DNA of 64,000 nt from an uncultured Candidatus Saccharibacteria bacterium (GCA_964629675.1 CAZVUG010000005.1:5806-69805), one strand, 5' to 3'. Positions 18,778 to 28,958 are shown, counted from the first letter of the stretch. Made by a program: numbers and translations. The notes: a model not told the origin generated them from the sequence alone.

Positions 18778-19305
18778 ATGATTAAATCTAGATTGAAATA
18801 CTTAAGAATATCTCCGCGAAAAGTCAGGCTGGTAGCAGATTTAATTAGAGGCATGGATGCAGTAAAAGCCGAAAGGCAGTTGACTTTTTTAAATAGAAGA
18901 GCAAAAAATCCTTTGCTAAATCTTTTAAAATCTGCTTTGGCTAATGCTAAAAGTAGCGCTGATTTAGAGAAAGAAAACCTTTATATTTCAGAAGTTAGAG
19001 TAGATAAAGGGCCAACTCTTAAAAGATGGAGGCCTCGCGCTTTTGGCCGAGCTACGCCGATACTAAAAAGAACTAGCCATATTTTTTTAGCTTTAGAAGA
19101 AAAAAAATCTACGGGAAAAAGCAAAAAAGGAAGTAAGCAGTTTAAAAAAGAACAATTGGTGCAGCAGCAAGAAAAGAAAACTCCTATTATTGCTAAAGAT
19201 AAGAAAACAAAATCTTACCGTAAACTTTTTAAAACAAAAAAAGGATTTTTTAAAGATAAAGGCGTTGATAAATCTAAAAAGCTTTTTCGCCGAAAAAGCA
19301 TATAA
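18778..19305 (+). CDS. rplV: 50S ribosomal protein L22 (with a Lys-rich C-terminal extension)
   Basis: RISPRKVRLVADLIRGM...VRVDKGPTLKRWRPRAFGRATPILKRTSHI. Confidence 0.9.
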   Translation: MIKSRLKYLRISPRKVRLVADLIRGMDAVKAERQLTFLNRRAKNPLLNLLKSALANAKSSADLEKENLYISEVRVDKGPTLKRWRPRAFGRATPILKRTSHIFLALEEKKSTGKSKKGSKQFKKEQLVQQQEKKTPIIAKDKKTKSYRKLFKTKKGFFKDKGVDKSKKLFRRKSI

Positions 19306-19310
19306 AATAT

Positions 19311-19979
19311 ATGTCACATAGAGTACATCCATTTATTTTTAGAATAGGCAGAACCACCCAATGGAAATCAAGGTGGTTTAACGAAAAGAGATATGGTGAA
19401 TTTTTAAAACAAGATATTCGCTTGCGCGATTTTATAATGAAAAAATTATCTAATGCCGGAATTAATTCAGTCGAGATAGAACGTTCAGCTAATATGATAA
19501 ATATAATTGTCAAAACGGCTCGTCCTGGCTTAGTTATTGGGCGCGGTGGTGGCGGAGTTGAAGAATTAAAAGGGAATATTAAGAAGTTCTTACAGAAAGA
19601 AAAAGCTAATTTAGCTAATTTAGAAATTCGTTTAAATATCGAAGAAGTCAAGCAACCAACAGCCCAAGCTCCAATTGTTGCTTCAGAAGCAGCTAGTCAA
19701 ATAGAGAGAAGAATGCCTTATCGTAGAGTAATAAAACAAACTTTGGATAAAATTATGCAGAACAAAGAGGTTCAAGGAGCTAAGATAACAGTTAAAGGTA
19801 GATTAAACGGGGCAGAAATTGCTCGCAAGGAATGGTTAAAAAAAGGCAGAATTCCCCTACAAACTATCAGAGCAAATATTGATTATGGGCAGTCAACTGC
19901 CTATACTACTTATGGAACAATTGGGGTAAAGGTCTGGATTTATAAAGGGGAAGTATTTGATAAAAATTTTAACGTTTAA
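19311..19979 (+). CDS. rpsC: 30S ribosomal protein S3
   Basis: [23 protein letters not shown]...KH domain...[10 protein letters not shown]. Confidence 0.95.
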   Translation: MSHRVHPFIFRIGRTTQWKSRWFNEKRYGEFLKQDIRLRDFIMKKLSNAGINSVEIERSANMINIIVKTARPGLVIGRGGGGVEELKGNIKKFLQKEKANLANLEIRLNIEEVKQPTAQAPIVASEAASQIERRMPYRRVIKQTLDKIMQNKEVQGAKITVKGRLNGAEIARKEWLKKGRIPLQTIRANIDYGQSTAYTTYGTIGVKVWIYKGEVFDKNFNV

Positions 19980-19987
19980 TTTTAAAT

Positions 19988-20407
19988 ATGTTATTGCCTA
20001 AAAAAGTTAAATATCGCAAATGGCAGAAAGGCCGACGCCGGAATAAAGGAAAAGCAACAAGGGGATTCTCTCTTTCTTTTGGCTCGTATGGTATGAAAGC
20101 ATTGGAAGGCTGCTGGATGACTTCTCGGCAAATTGAAGCTGCTCGTCGAGCAATGACTCGTTATGTCCAACGCGGAGGCAAAATCTGGATTAGAGTATTT
20201 CCGGATAAGCCAATAACGAAAAAGGGAATAGAAGTTCCGATGGGCGGTGGCAAGGGAAGCGTTGATCATTATGTGACGATTATCAAACCAGGTCGAATTA
20301 TTTTTGAAATGGATGGTGTTCCTGAAAAGTTAGCCAAAGAAGCAATGCGAAGAGCCGGACATAAATTGCCAGTTAAAACCAAATTTATTACTAGGGAAAA
20401 CATATGA
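19988..20407 (+). CDS. rplP: 50S ribosomal protein L16
   Basis: [16 protein letters not shown]....[13 protein letters not shown].. Confidence 0.95.
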   Translation: MLLPKKVKYRKWQKGRRRNKGKATRGFSLSFGSYGMKALEGCWMTSRQIEAARRAMTRYVQRGGKIWIRVFPDKPITKKGIEVPMGGGKGSVDHYVTIIKPGRIIFEMDGVPEKLAKEAMRRAGHKLPVKTKFITRENI

Positions 20408-20604
20408 AGATAAAAGAATTAAAAGAAAAAACTGATAAAGAATTGCATGAATTTTTAATGGAGAATCGACAAAAATTAGGTCAGCTTAAATTTGACTTAT
20501 CTTTTAAAAAGCTTAAGAATGTAAAGCAAATAGGAGAATTAAGAAAAAACATTGCTAGAGTTTTAACTATTTTAAAAGGAAAAGAAAATGGAACAAATAA
20601 ATAA
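20404..20604 (+). CDS. rpmC: 50S ribosomal protein L29
   Basis: 66 aa; [14 protein letters not shown]...[17 protein letters not shown]. Overlaps rplP by ATGA. Confidence 0.9.
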   Translation: MKIKELKEKTDKELHEFLMENRQKLGQLKFDLSFKKLKNVKQIGELRKNIARVLTILKGKENGTNK

Positions 20605-20836
20605 AAATTCAAAAAAGGGAAGAATTCTAAAAGGAAAAGTTATTAGTAAAAGCGGTGATAAAACAGTAGTTGTTTTAGTTGATCGTTACAAAAAGCATCC
20701 AAAATATAATAAGAGATATAAGATAAGCAAGAAGTACAAGGTTCACGATCAAGAAAATAAATATAAAGCAGGAGATGAAATAAGTATCCAGGAGTGTTCT
20801 CCGATAAGTAAGGATAAACACTGGAAAGTTTTATGA
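20588..20836 (+). CDS. rpsQ: 30S ribosomal protein S17
   Basis: 82 aa; [30 protein letters not shown].. Confidence 0.9.
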   Translation: MEQINKNSKKGRILKGKVISKSGDKTVVVLVDRYKKHPKYNKRYKISKKYKVHDQENKYKAGDEISIQECSPISKDKHWKVL

Positions 20837-21198
20837 TACAATCAGGAACAAAATTAAAAGTTACTGATAATACTGGAGCAAAAATTATCCAGTGTTTTAA
20901 GGTATTAGGTGGCAGCCGCAGGCGATACGCGCGAATTGGTGATATTATTGTTGCTTCAGTTAAAGAGGCCGAACCGAGAAAAGAGGTAAAAAAGAAAGAT
21001 GTTATTAGGGCAGTTGTTGTTCGGCAGAGAAAAGAATATAGGCGAAAAGATGGCTCTTATATCCGCTTTGACGAAAATGCCGCAGTAATTTTAGACGGTT
21101 TAAATCCTAAGGCTGGACGAATTTTTGGCCCGATTCCTCGTGAATTAAGAGAGAAGGGATTTGATAAAATTGCTTCTTTAGCAGAGGAAATTTTGTAA
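20833..21198 (+). CDS. rplN: 50S ribosomal protein L14
   Basis: [17 protein letters not shown]... Confidence 0.95.
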   Translation: MIQSGTKLKVTDNTGAKIIQCFKVLGGSRRRYARIGDIIVASVKEAEPRKEVKKKDVIRAVVVRQRKEYRRKDGSYIRFDENAAVILDGLNPKAGRIFGPIPRELREKGFDKIASLAEEIL

Positions 21199-21203
21199 TT
21201 ATT

Positions 21204-21509
21204 ATGAAAATAAAGAAAAATGATGCAACATTAATAATTAGCGGAAAAGACAGAGGGAAAAAAGGCAAAGTTCTTGAGGCTTTTCCCGTAGAAAGAAAAG
21301 TTGTTGTTGAGGGAATTAATATAGTTAGAAAACACCAACGTCCGAAAAAAGAAGGCGAAAAAGGTCAAATTGTTGAATTGCCTAAGCCTATTTCTGTCTC
21401 CAACGTGAAGCTTATTTGCCCCAAATGCGGTCAGGCAACAAGGGTCGGCTATCGCTTAACTCAAGAAGGCAAAGAAAGAATATGTAAAAAATGCGGCCAA
21501 GAAATATGA
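21204..21509 (+). CDS. rplX: 50S ribosomal protein L24 (KOW domain + C-terminal CxxC...CxxC zinc ribbon)
   Basis: MKIKKNDATLIISGKDRGKKGKVLEAF...; the C-terminus reads CPKCGQATRV....CKKCGQEI. Confidence 0.9.
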   Translation: MKIKKNDATLIISGKDRGKKGKVLEAFPVERKVVVEGINIVRKHQRPKKEGEKGQIVELPKPISVSNVKLICPKCGQATRVGYRLTQEGKERICKKCGQEI

Positions 21510-22045
21510 TCAGATTACAAGAAAAATATAATAAAAAGGTTATTCCAGCAATGAAAGAATCTTTTGGCTATAAAAATAATTTAGCTGTGCCAAAAATTAC
21601 CAAAGTAGTTATTAACAGTGGTTTTAGCCCTAATGATATAGGAGAAAAAATGGAAGAAGAAATCAGCCGTGGCTTAACTACCATTGCTGCTCAAAAACCA
21701 GCTATTCGCCAAGCTAAAAAAGCTATTGCTGGATTTAAAATCAGACAGGGAATGAATGTCGGTCTAGCTGTAACTTTAAGGGGGAAAAGAATGTATGATT
21801 TTCTTGATAGATTAATCCACATTGCCTTACCTCGAACACGTGATTTTCGCGGCATTAATCAAAAAAATATTGATCATTCTGGTAATTTAAATATTGGCAT
21901 TAAAGAACAGATAGTTTTTCCGGAAATATCAACCGAGAGCGCTAAAAATATTTTTGGTTTTGAAATAGCTGTAGTAACAACAGCTAAAAAGCGTGAAGAG
22001 GGTTTAGAATTATTTAAATTATTAGGTTTTCCTATAGCAAAATAA
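21506..22045 (+). CDS. rplE: 50S ribosomal protein L5
   Basis: Start moved to ATG 21506 (MIRLQEKYNKKV...), overlapping the rplX stop as ATGA. Confidence 0.9.
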   Translation: MIRLQEKYNKKVIPAMKESFGYKNNLAVPKITKVVINSGFSPNDIGEKMEEEISRGLTTIAAQKPAIRQAKKAIAGFKIRQGMNVGLAVTLRGKRMYDFLDRLIHIALPRTRDFRGINQKNIDHSGNLNIGIKEQIVFPEISTESAKNIFGFEIAVVTTAKKREEGLELFKLLGFPIAK

Positions 22046-22048
22046 ATT

Positions 22049-22234
22049 ATGGCCAGAAAAGCTTTAGTAGTTAAAAGTGAAAAAAAACAAAAATATTCTA
22101 CGCGGGAATTAAAGCGTTGTTTTAGATGTGGTCGAAAAAGAGGTTATATGAGGAAATTTGGCTTATGTCGGATATGCTTCCGCGAGTTAGCCAATAAAGG
22201 AGAATTGCCAGGGGTTAAAAAATCCAGCTGGTAA
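22049..22234 (+). CDS. rpsZ: 30S ribosomal protein S14, type Z (zinc-binding)
   Basis: 61 aa; [23 protein letters not shown]. Confidence 0.9.
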   Translation: MARKALVVKSEKKQKYSTRELKRCFRCGRKRGYMRKFGLCRICFRELANKGELPGVKKSSW

Positions 22235-22248
22235 ATTTATTTAAAAAA

Positions 22249-22638
22249 ATGGATATTATTTCAGACATGTTAATTAGAATAAAAAACGCTCAGGCTGTTG
22301 TTCATCAGACAGTTGATGTTCCTTTTTCTGAATTAAAATTAAATTTAGCTAAGATTTTAGAGAAGGAAGGATTAATAGAAAAAATAGAAACAAAAGGCAG
22401 AAAGGCTAAAAAGTTTATTAGAATTAGCCTTAAGTATGAAAACGGCAGGCCATCAATTAAAGATTTTAAAAGAATTAGCAAACCAAGTTGCCGAATTTAT
22501 GTTAAGAAAAACAGCTTAGGCTCATTGCAGCAAGAGAGAAAAATAGCGGTTCTTTCTACCCCGCAAGGGATAATGAGCAATAAAGAAGCTTTTAAAAAAG
22601 GTCTAGGGGGAGAATATTTATTCCAAGTTTTAATTTAA
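22249..22638 (+). CDS. rpsH: 30S ribosomal protein S8
   Basis: DIISDMLIRIKNAQAV.. ...LSTPQGIMSNKEA. Confidence 0.95.
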   Translation: MDIISDMLIRIKNAQAVVHQTVDVPFSELKLNLAKILEKEGLIEKIETKGRKAKKFIRISLKYENGRPSIKDFKRISKPSCRIYVKKNSLGSLQQERKIAVLSTPQGIMSNKEAFKKGLGGEYLFQVLI

Positions 22639-22642
22639 TCTT

Positions 22643-23200
22643 ATGAGTAGAATCGGTAAACAACCAATTATTATTCCAGAAGGAGTTGAAGTTAAGATTG
22701 AAGACCAACAAGTAAAAGTTAAAGGTCCTGAAGGAGAGCTACGACAAGATTTCTTGTCGGATGTTAAAATTGCAACAGAAAAAAATGATGACGGGAAAAA
22801 CCAAGTTAGAATTTCTCTTGCTAAAAAGACTAAAAAATCAGCTGCTCTCTGGGGACTTTACCGCAGTCTAGTTTTTAATATGATTTTAGGAGTAACTGAA
22901 GGAATAGAAAAGAAATTAGAAATTAAAGGAATTGGTTATCGGGCAGAAGCGCAAACTGACAAACTGACTCTTCATATTGGCTATTCTCATCCAGTTATTA
23001 TAGAAGCTCCAGAAGGAATTCAATTTTCGGTAGATAAGAATACTATTACTGTTTCAGGGATAGATAAGCAGGCAGTCGGTCAAATAGCAGCTAAGATCAG
23101 AGACCAACGAAAGCCAGAGCCTTATAAAGGCAAGGGAATTAGGTATTTGGGAGAAGAAGTTAGAATGAAGGCAGGTAAAAAATCTGCAGCATCAGAATAA
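22643..23200 (+). CDS. rplF: 50S ribosomal protein L6
   Basis: MSRIGKQPIIIPEGVEVKI... Confidence 0.95.
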   Translation: MSRIGKQPIIIPEGVEVKIEDQQVKVKGPEGELRQDFLSDVKIATEKNDDGKNQVRISLAKKTKKSAALWGLYRSLVFNMILGVTEGIEKKLEIKGIGYRAEAQTDKLTLHIGYSHPVIIEAPEGIQFSVDKNTITVSGIDKQAVGQIAAKIRDQRKPEPYKGKGIRYLGEEVRMKAGKKSAASE

Positions 23201-23216
23201 TTTTAAATTAATTTTT

Positions 23217-23567
23217 ATGAACAATAAACGCCAACAAAGATATATTAGGCATAAGCGTATTAGAGCAAAAATTAAAGGGACATCCAAGTGTCCGCGTCTT
23301 TGCGTTTTTAGAAGCAATAAACATATTTCTGTCCAATTAATTGATGATCATAAGGGGCATACTTTAGTTAGTGCTAGCGATCTAGAGATTAAAGATAAAA
23401 AGAATTTAAAAAAAGTTGATTTGGCTAAAAAAGTTGGCAGTTTAATAAGCCAAAAGGCAATTAAAAATAATATCGAAAAGATTGTTTTTGATAGAGCTGG
23501 CTATAAATATCATGGCCGGGTAAAAGCAATTGCTGAAGGAGCTAAAGAAGGAGGATTAAAGTTTTAA
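23217..23567 (+). CDS. rplR: 50S ribosomal protein L18
   Basis: ...PRLCVFRSNKHISVQLIDD....VFDRAGYKYHGRVKAIAEGAKEGGL. Confidence 0.95.
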   Translation: MNNKRQQRYIRHKRIRAKIKGTSKCPRLCVFRSNKHISVQLIDDHKGHTLVSASDLEIKDKKNLKKVDLAKKVGSLISQKAIKNNIEKIVFDRAGYKYHGRVKAIAEGAKEGGLKF

Positions 23568-23568
23568 T

Positions 23569-24021
23569 ATGTTTAATAATAAAGAACAAGAAAAAAGAGA
23601 ATATGAGCAAAAATTACTAGACGTAGCTAGGGTAGTTAGGGTTGTTGCTGGCGGAAGGCGTTTTAGGTTTAGGGCAGTTTTAATTATTGGCGACAAAAAA
23701 GGAAAAGTTGGCGTAGGTGTTGCTAAAGGACAAGATGTAAGTATGGCTGTCGAAAAAGCATTTGCTGACGCAAAAAAACATTTAATTAAAGTTCCCCTCA
23801 AAGAAGGTACTATTCCTTATATTGTTGAAGCAAAATGCGACAGTGCCAGGATTCTTTTAAAGCCGGGAACTAGAGGAAAGGGAATTGTTGCTGGCGGAGC
23901 AGTTAGAGTTGTTTGCGATTTGGCCGGTATTCGAGATATTTCCGGAAAAATTTTAGGAAGAACCAGAAATGCTTTAAATAATGCTAGGGCAACTATTAAA
24001 GCTTTGGAAAATTTATATTAA
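23569..24021 (+). CDS. rpsE: 30S ribosomal protein S5, followed directly by L15 with no L30 gene
   Basis: ...VVRVVAGGRRFRFRAVLIIGDKKGKVGVGVAKG. Only 10 nt separate it from rplO. Confidence 0.95.
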   Translation: MFNNKEQEKREYEQKLLDVARVVRVVAGGRRFRFRAVLIIGDKKGKVGVGVAKGQDVSMAVEKAFADAKKHLIKVPLKEGTIPYIVEAKCDSARILLKPGTRGKGIVAGGAVRVVCDLAGIRDISGKILGRTRNALNNARATIKALENLY

Positions 24022-24031
24022 GGAATAAAAT

Positions 24032-24487
24032 ATGCAACTTCATCAATTAAAACTTAATTCTGCTAAAAAAGCTAAAAAGAGAATTGGCCGAGGCGGTAAA
24101 AAAGGAACTTATTCTGGCAGAGGAATTAAAGGGCAAAAATCTCGTTCCGGCAGACATCCACGAATTGGCTTTGTTGGCGGAGACAGGCCTTTACATAAGA
24201 TGGTCCCTAAACCTCGTGGAGAAAGGGGTTCTTTAGATATCAAAGAAGGCCAAAAATTAAGCAGGTTAAGATTAATAAAAAAGCCAGTTATTATTAATTT
24301 GGATAAAATTGAAGAAAAATTCTCAGAAGGAGAGATTGTTTCTCCAATTAATTTGTTAAAGAAAGGATTAATTGCTAAAATAAAAGGGAGAATACCCCAA
24401 GTTAAAATTTTAGGCAGAGGAGAGTTAAAAAAGAAATTAAAATTTGAGAATGTCATTTTATCTAAAAAAGTTCAAAAAAAGAAATAA
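24032..24487 (+). CDS. rplO: 50S ribosomal protein L15
   Basis: MQLHQLKLNSAKKAKKRIGRGGKKGTYSGRGIKGQKSRSG. Confidence 0.95.
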   Translation: MQLHQLKLNSAKKAKKRIGRGGKKGTYSGRGIKGQKSRSGRHPRIGFVGGDRPLHKMVPKPRGERGSLDIKEGQKLSRLRLIKKPVIINLDKIEEKFSEGEIVSPINLLKKGLIAKIKGRIPQVKILGRGELKKKLKFENVILSKKVQKKK

Positions 24488-24506
24488 TCTTTTAATATAT
24501 TAAAAT

Positions 24507-25793
24507 ATGTGGTCCTGGACTCAAAAAATATTTCAGCTATTTAAAATAAAAGATTTGCGCAAAAGAATATTATTTATTTTGATGGTTTTAGTTATTTTCC
24601 GCATAGCAGCCAATATTCCTGTGCCAGGAATTGATGTAGCAAAACTTGAACAGTTTTTTTCTAACAATCAGCTTTTTGGTCTTTTGAATATTTTTACCGG
24701 TGGAGCTTTAAGCAATATGTCAATAGTCATGCTAGGATTAGGTCCTTTTATTACAGCGACCATTATTATGCAGCTGTTGACGATGATTTTCCCGCAATTA
24801 GAAGCTCTTTATAAAGAAGAGGGAGAAGCCGGCCGGCAAAAATTTAATCAATATAGCCGAATACTGACTATTCCTTTAGCAGTTTTGCAGTCTTATGGAA
24901 TGATTACCTTGTTAAATAGGCAAGGCATTATTCCGGAATTTTCTCTAATACAGTGGATTACTTCTATTTCGGTTATTACTGCCGGAGCTTTGTTTTTAAT
25001 GTGGCTGGGAGAATTAATATCGGAAAAAGGTATTGGCAATGGCGTCTCTTTGTTAATTTTTGCTGGAATAGTTTCGGGAATTCCTCAGTCTTTCAAACAA
25101 ATTATTATCACCTACGATCCCTCGCAAATTCCTTCTTATATTGCTTTCCTTGTTTTAGCTATAGTAATTATTACCGGAGTAGTTGTTATTACTGAAGGTC
25201 GGCGCAATATTCCAGTCTCTTACGCTAAAAGAATAAGGGGCCATCGCATGTACGGCGGTGTTTCTACTTATTTGCCTTTAAATGTTAATCCGGCAGGAGT
25301 TATTCCAATAATCTTTGCTCTTTCAATAATGCTTTTCCCGGGAATGATTGCTAGCTTTTTAAGTGGAACTAGTATTGGCTGGCTAGCTGGCGCCGCTCAA
25401 TTTATTGGTCGGATTTTTGAAAATGCCTGGTTCTATGGTTTCTTTTATTTCCTGTTAGTAGTCTTATTTACTTATTTTTACACAGCAGTAACCTTTGATC
25501 CTAAAAATGTTTCTAATAATTTACAAAAAATGGGCGGATTCATTCCGGGAATACGGCCAGGCCGGCCAACTTCCCAATTCCTTTATTTTATTCTTAATCG
25601 AGTTTTGCTTTTTGGCGCTTTCTTCTTAGGGACTATTGCTGTTTTGCCTTCAATTGTCCAGGGGGTTACTGGTGTAGAAGCCTTTGGTTTTGCCATTGGC
25701 GGAACAGCTCTGCTTATTATCGTCTCAGTTATTCTGGAGACTATTCGACAAATTAATTCTCAGTTAACTATGCGAGAATATGAAGGATTCTAA
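24507..25793 (+). CDS. secY: Preprotein translocase subunit SecY
   Basis: 428 aa and 10 TM helices; ...GLGPFITATIIMQLL. Confidence 0.95.
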   Translation: MWSWTQKIFQLFKIKDLRKRILFILMVLVIFRIAANIPVPGIDVAKLEQFFSNNQLFGLLNIFTGGALSNMSIVMLGLGPFITATIIMQLLTMIFPQLEALYKEEGEAGRQKFNQYSRILTIPLAVLQSYGMITLLNRQGIIPEFSLIQWITSISVITAGALFLMWLGELISEKGIGNGVSLLIFAGIVSGIPQSFKQIIITYDPSQIPSYIAFLVLAIVIITGVVVITEGRRNIPVSYAKRIRGHRMYGGVSTYLPLNVNPAGVIPIIFALSIMLFPGMIASFLSGTSIGWLAGAAQFIGRIFENAWFYGFFYFLLVVLFTYFYTAVTFDPKNVSNNLQKMGGFIPGIRPGRPTSQFLYFILNRVLLFGAFFLGTIAVLPSIVQGVTGVEAFGFAIGGTALLIIVSVILETIRQINSQLTMREYEGF

Positions 25794-26454
25794 AAAAGAG
25801 CCACAAATTATAATTCTTTTTGGCCGATCTGGCTGCGGGAAGGGAACCCAGGCCAAATTTTTAATTCAAGATTTTGGTTTAGAAAACATAGAGACGGGGA
25901 AAATCTTAAGAAAACAGTCAGTAAAAGATAGTTTTTCTGGCAGAAAGCTAAAAAAGATTTTAATTGCCGGTAATCGCGTACCGACTCATTTTGTCTTCCA
26001 AATTTGGGGAAACGAGATAGAGAAAGTAAAAAATAAAGCTAATTTTAAAGGATTAGTTATTGATGGCAGCCCTCGCTCTGTTTTAGAAGCAGAATTAATC
26101 GATGGGTTTTTTGCCTGGTACGAATGGAAAAATATCAAGCCGATTTTATTAGATATTTCTGAAGAAGAAGCTTTTGCTAGATTGACTAAAAGGAGAATTT
26201 GCCAAAAATGCGGCCGGTTGATTCCTTGGGTCGGTGATTTTAAAAAATTAACAAGATGTGATAAATGCGGCGGAAAATTAGAGCGCCGTCCTGATGATAA
26301 GCCGGAAATTATTAAGAATCGTTTAGAATATTACAAAAAAGATGTAGAGCCGGTCATTGATTATTATCGGGAAAAAGGCATCTTAATATCTATTGATGGC
26401 GAGCAATCAATAGAAGGTGTCTATCAAGATATTAAGAAAAATTTACAAAGATGA
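25780..26454 (+). CDS. adk: Adenylate kinase with a Cys4 zinc-lid
   Basis: ILFGRSGCGKGTQA P-loop; lid CQKCGR...CDKCGG. Confidence 0.9.
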   Translation: MKDSKKEPQIIILFGRSGCGKGTQAKFLIQDFGLENIETGKILRKQSVKDSFSGRKLKKILIAGNRVPTHFVFQIWGNEIEKVKNKANFKGLVIDGSPRSVLEAELIDGFFAWYEWKNIKPILLDISEEEAFARLTKRRICQKCGRLIPWVGDFKKLTRCDKCGGKLERRPDDKPEIIKNRLEYYKKDVEPVIDYYREKGILISIDGEQSIEGVYQDIKKNLQR

Positions 26455-27194
26455 TTATTATTAAAACAGACAAAGAAATTGAAATAATGAGAGAATCAGG
26501 AAGAAAGCTGGCTAAAGTAATGAGAGAAGTGAAAAAAGAAGCAAAACCCGGGGTAACAACCAAAGAATTAGATGAGCTTGCTGAAGAGCTCATTTTAAAA
26601 TCAGGATCTAAAACAGCTTTTAAAGGGTATGGCGGTTTTCCTAACGCTATGTGCACTTCTCTTAATGAACAAATAGTTCACGGAGTTCCGTCAAACAGGG
26701 AATTAATAGAAGGCGATATTCTCAGCTTAGATCTTGGATTAATTCATCAAGGCTTTTATTCTGATATGGCAATTACGATTGCTATTGGCAAGATTCCTCC
26801 TGAAGTTAATCGATTAATCAGAGTTACTAAAAAATCTTTAAAAAGAGCTATTGCCAGATTAAAGCCAGGCAAGCATTTAGGCGATATTTCTTGTGCTATT
26901 CAGAATTATGTAGAGAGTCAGGGTTTTCAAGTTGTCCGAGACCTTTGCGGCCATGGAGTTGGTCGGATTCTTCATGAGGATCCGCAAATTCTTAATTTCG
27001 GCCAAAGGCATAAAGGCCCTGAACTAAAGGCAGGAATGGTTTTTGCTATTGAACCAATGGTGGTTATGGGAAAACCAGGGATAAAAAAAGGCCCGGATGG
27101 ATTTACCTACCAGACCGCTGATAATAGTTTATCTGCCCACTTTGAGCATAGTATTGCTATAACTAATAATGGCCCAATAATCTTGACTGAATAA
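26451..27194 (+). CDS. map: Methionine aminopeptidase type I
   Basis: 247 aa; pita-bread metal ligands ..DLGLIHQGFYSDMA.., HGVGRILHE, ..FAIEPM. Confidence 0.9.
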   Translation: MIIIKTDKEIEIMRESGRKLAKVMREVKKEAKPGVTTKELDELAEELILKSGSKTAFKGYGGFPNAMCTSLNEQIVHGVPSNRELIEGDILSLDLGLIHQGFYSDMAITIAIGKIPPEVNRLIRVTKKSLKRAIARLKPGKHLGDISCAIQNYVESQGFQVVRDLCGHGVGRILHEDPQILNFGQRHKGPELKAGMVFAIEPMVVMGKPGIKKGPDGFTYQTADNSLSAHFEHSIAITNNGPIILTE

Positions 27195-27195
27195 A

Positions 27196-27226
27196 AAATA
27201 GCAACTTTGAAATTGCTATTTTTGTT
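27196..27226. terminator. Bidirectional terminator hairpin between convergent map and thrS
   Basis: AATAGCAA-ctttgaaa-TTGCTATT with A-runs upstream and TTTTTGTTTTT downstream. Confidence 0.5.
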
Positions 27227-28958
27227 TTTCTTTTTTAATTTCTTCTTCTTTTATTTTCTGAATAAAATTTTTAATTTTAATAGTGCCAATATCTCCCTTT
27301 TCTCTGTCTCTTAAACTGATAGAGTCAGACTGGCGTTCTTTTTCCCCGACTATCAAAAGATAGGGGATTTTTTGCATTTCGCCTGTCCTAATTTTCTTGC
27401 CTAAGGTTTCATTGCTATCATTTAATTCAACTCGAATATTATTTTCGCTTAATTGTTTTTCTATCTTTTTGGCATAACTATTAAATTTTTGACTAACTGG
27501 TACAATTTGCGCTTGGATTGGCGAAAGCCAGATGGGGAAAGATCCAGCAGTATGTTCGATATAAACACCGATAAATCTTTCTAAAGAGCCTAATAAAGCC
27601 CGATGAATCATAAAAGGGATTTGTTTTTTATTATTTTTATCAATGTATTCCATTTTAAAACGGCTTGGCAGATTAAAATCAACTTGAATTGTAGAAAGCT
27701 GCCATTTTCGGCCAATGGAATCGTCTACCTTGACGTCAACTTTCGGCCCGTAAAAAACTGCTCCGCCAACATCTAAAATTAATTTATCCTGATAACCTGT
27801 TTTTTTAATGGCTTGCTTGAGGCTCTCCTCGGCTTGCTGCCAATCTTTATCTCGGCCAATAAATTTCTTTTTTTCTTGAGGATCTCTTACCGAAAGATTA
27901 ACTTCGAATTTTTTAAAACCGAATGTTTTAAGGATGTAAAAAGTTAATTTAAGAGCTTCAGTTAATTCTTGGTGCAATTGTTCCGGACGACAAATAATAT
28001 GGGCATCATCTTGAGTAAATCCTCTAACTCTAGTTAAGCCATGAAGCGTGCCGCTTTTTTCGTAGCGATAAACAGTTCCCATCTCGGTCAAGCGCATCGG
28101 CAAATCGCGATAACTTCTTGGCTTTTGCTGATATATCTTAATATGTAAAGGGCAATTCATTGGCTTTAAGCGGTATTCTTCCTCTTCAATACCAAAAGGA
28201 TTATACATATTTTCTCGATAAAAGCCTAAGTGTCCAGAATGCTGCCACAATTTTTCACTGGCAATATGAGGAGTGCTGACTAGTTGATAGCCTTTCTCTA
28301 TATATGTATTTAGGGCAAATTCCTTGATTTTGTGTCTGATGAAAGCTCCTTTTGGCAGCCAAAGCGGCAATCCTTGGCCTACTTCTTCATCAAGCATGAA
28401 TAGATCAAGCTTCTGCCCTAAAAAGCGATGGTCTCTTTTTTCTGCTTCTTGCTGCCTTTTAAGATATTCATTTAATTCTTTCTGGCTGGCAAAAGCAACG
28501 CCGTAAATTCTTTGCAGCATTTTATTTTTCTCATCGCCTTTCCAATAAGCTCCAGCAAGAGAAATGATTTTAAAGGGTTTCCCTTTTAACTCGCTAGTTG
28601 ATTTAATATGAGGCCCGCGGCATAAATCAATAAAATTACCAACTTGATAAATGGCAACTTTCTTCTCCTTGATTTCTTTAATTAATTCTTTTTTATAAGG
28701 CTGGTCCTTGAATATCTTTTTGGCTGCCGCTTGAGAAACTTCTTTTTTCTTAAATTGTAAATTCTTTTTAATTAATTCTTTCATCTTCTTCTCTATTTGG
28801 GGAAGATCTTCTGGTTTAAGAGAATCAATTAAGTCAAAATCATAATAAAAGCCATCCTCAATAGATGGGCCAATGCCAAATTTAGCTTTAGGGAATAGCT
28901 CTTGAACAGCTGCGGCTAAAATATGCGCATAAGAATGTCTAATAATTTCGATATCCAT
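27216..28958 (-). CDS. thrS: Threonyl-tRNA synthetase (lacks the N-terminal TGS domain)
   Basis: 580 aa. Begins at the editing-domain HxxxH (RHSYAHIL), then class II core and anticodon-binding domain. Confidence 0.9.
   Translation of the reverse strand: MDIEIIRHSYAHILAAAVQELFPKAKFGIGPSIEDGFYYDFDLIDSLKPEDLPQIEKKMKELIKKNLQFKKKEVSQAAAKKIFKDQPYKKELIKEIKEKKVAIYQVGNFIDLCRGPHIKSTSELKGKPFKIISLAGAYWKGDEKNKMLQRIYGVAFASQKELNEYLKRQQEAEKRDHRFLGQKLDLFMLDEEVGQGLPLWLPKGAFIRHKIKEFALNTYIEKGYQLVSTPHIASEKLWQHSGHLGFYRENMYNPFGIEEEEYRLKPMNCPLHIKIYQQKPRSYRDLPMRLTEMGTVYRYEKSGTLHGLTRVRGFTQDDAHIICRPEQLHQELTEALKLTFYILKTFGFKKFEVNLSVRDPQEKKKFIGRDKDWQQAEESLKQAIKKTGYQDKLILDVGGAVFYGPKVDVKVDDSIGRKWQLSTIQVDFNLPSRFKMEYIDKNNKKQIPFMIHRALLGSLERFIGVYIEHTAGSFPIWLSPIQAQIVPVSQKFNSYAKKIEKQLSENNIRVELNDSNETLGKKIRTGEMQKIPYLLIVGEKERQSDSISLRDREKGDIGTIKIKNFIQKIKEEEIKKEKQK

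Noticed and set aside
24953-25195. 80-aa + strand ORF in an alternate frame inside secY
   Set aside because: Out-of-frame overlap with a highly conserved gene; Tyr/Cys-rich nonsense translation.
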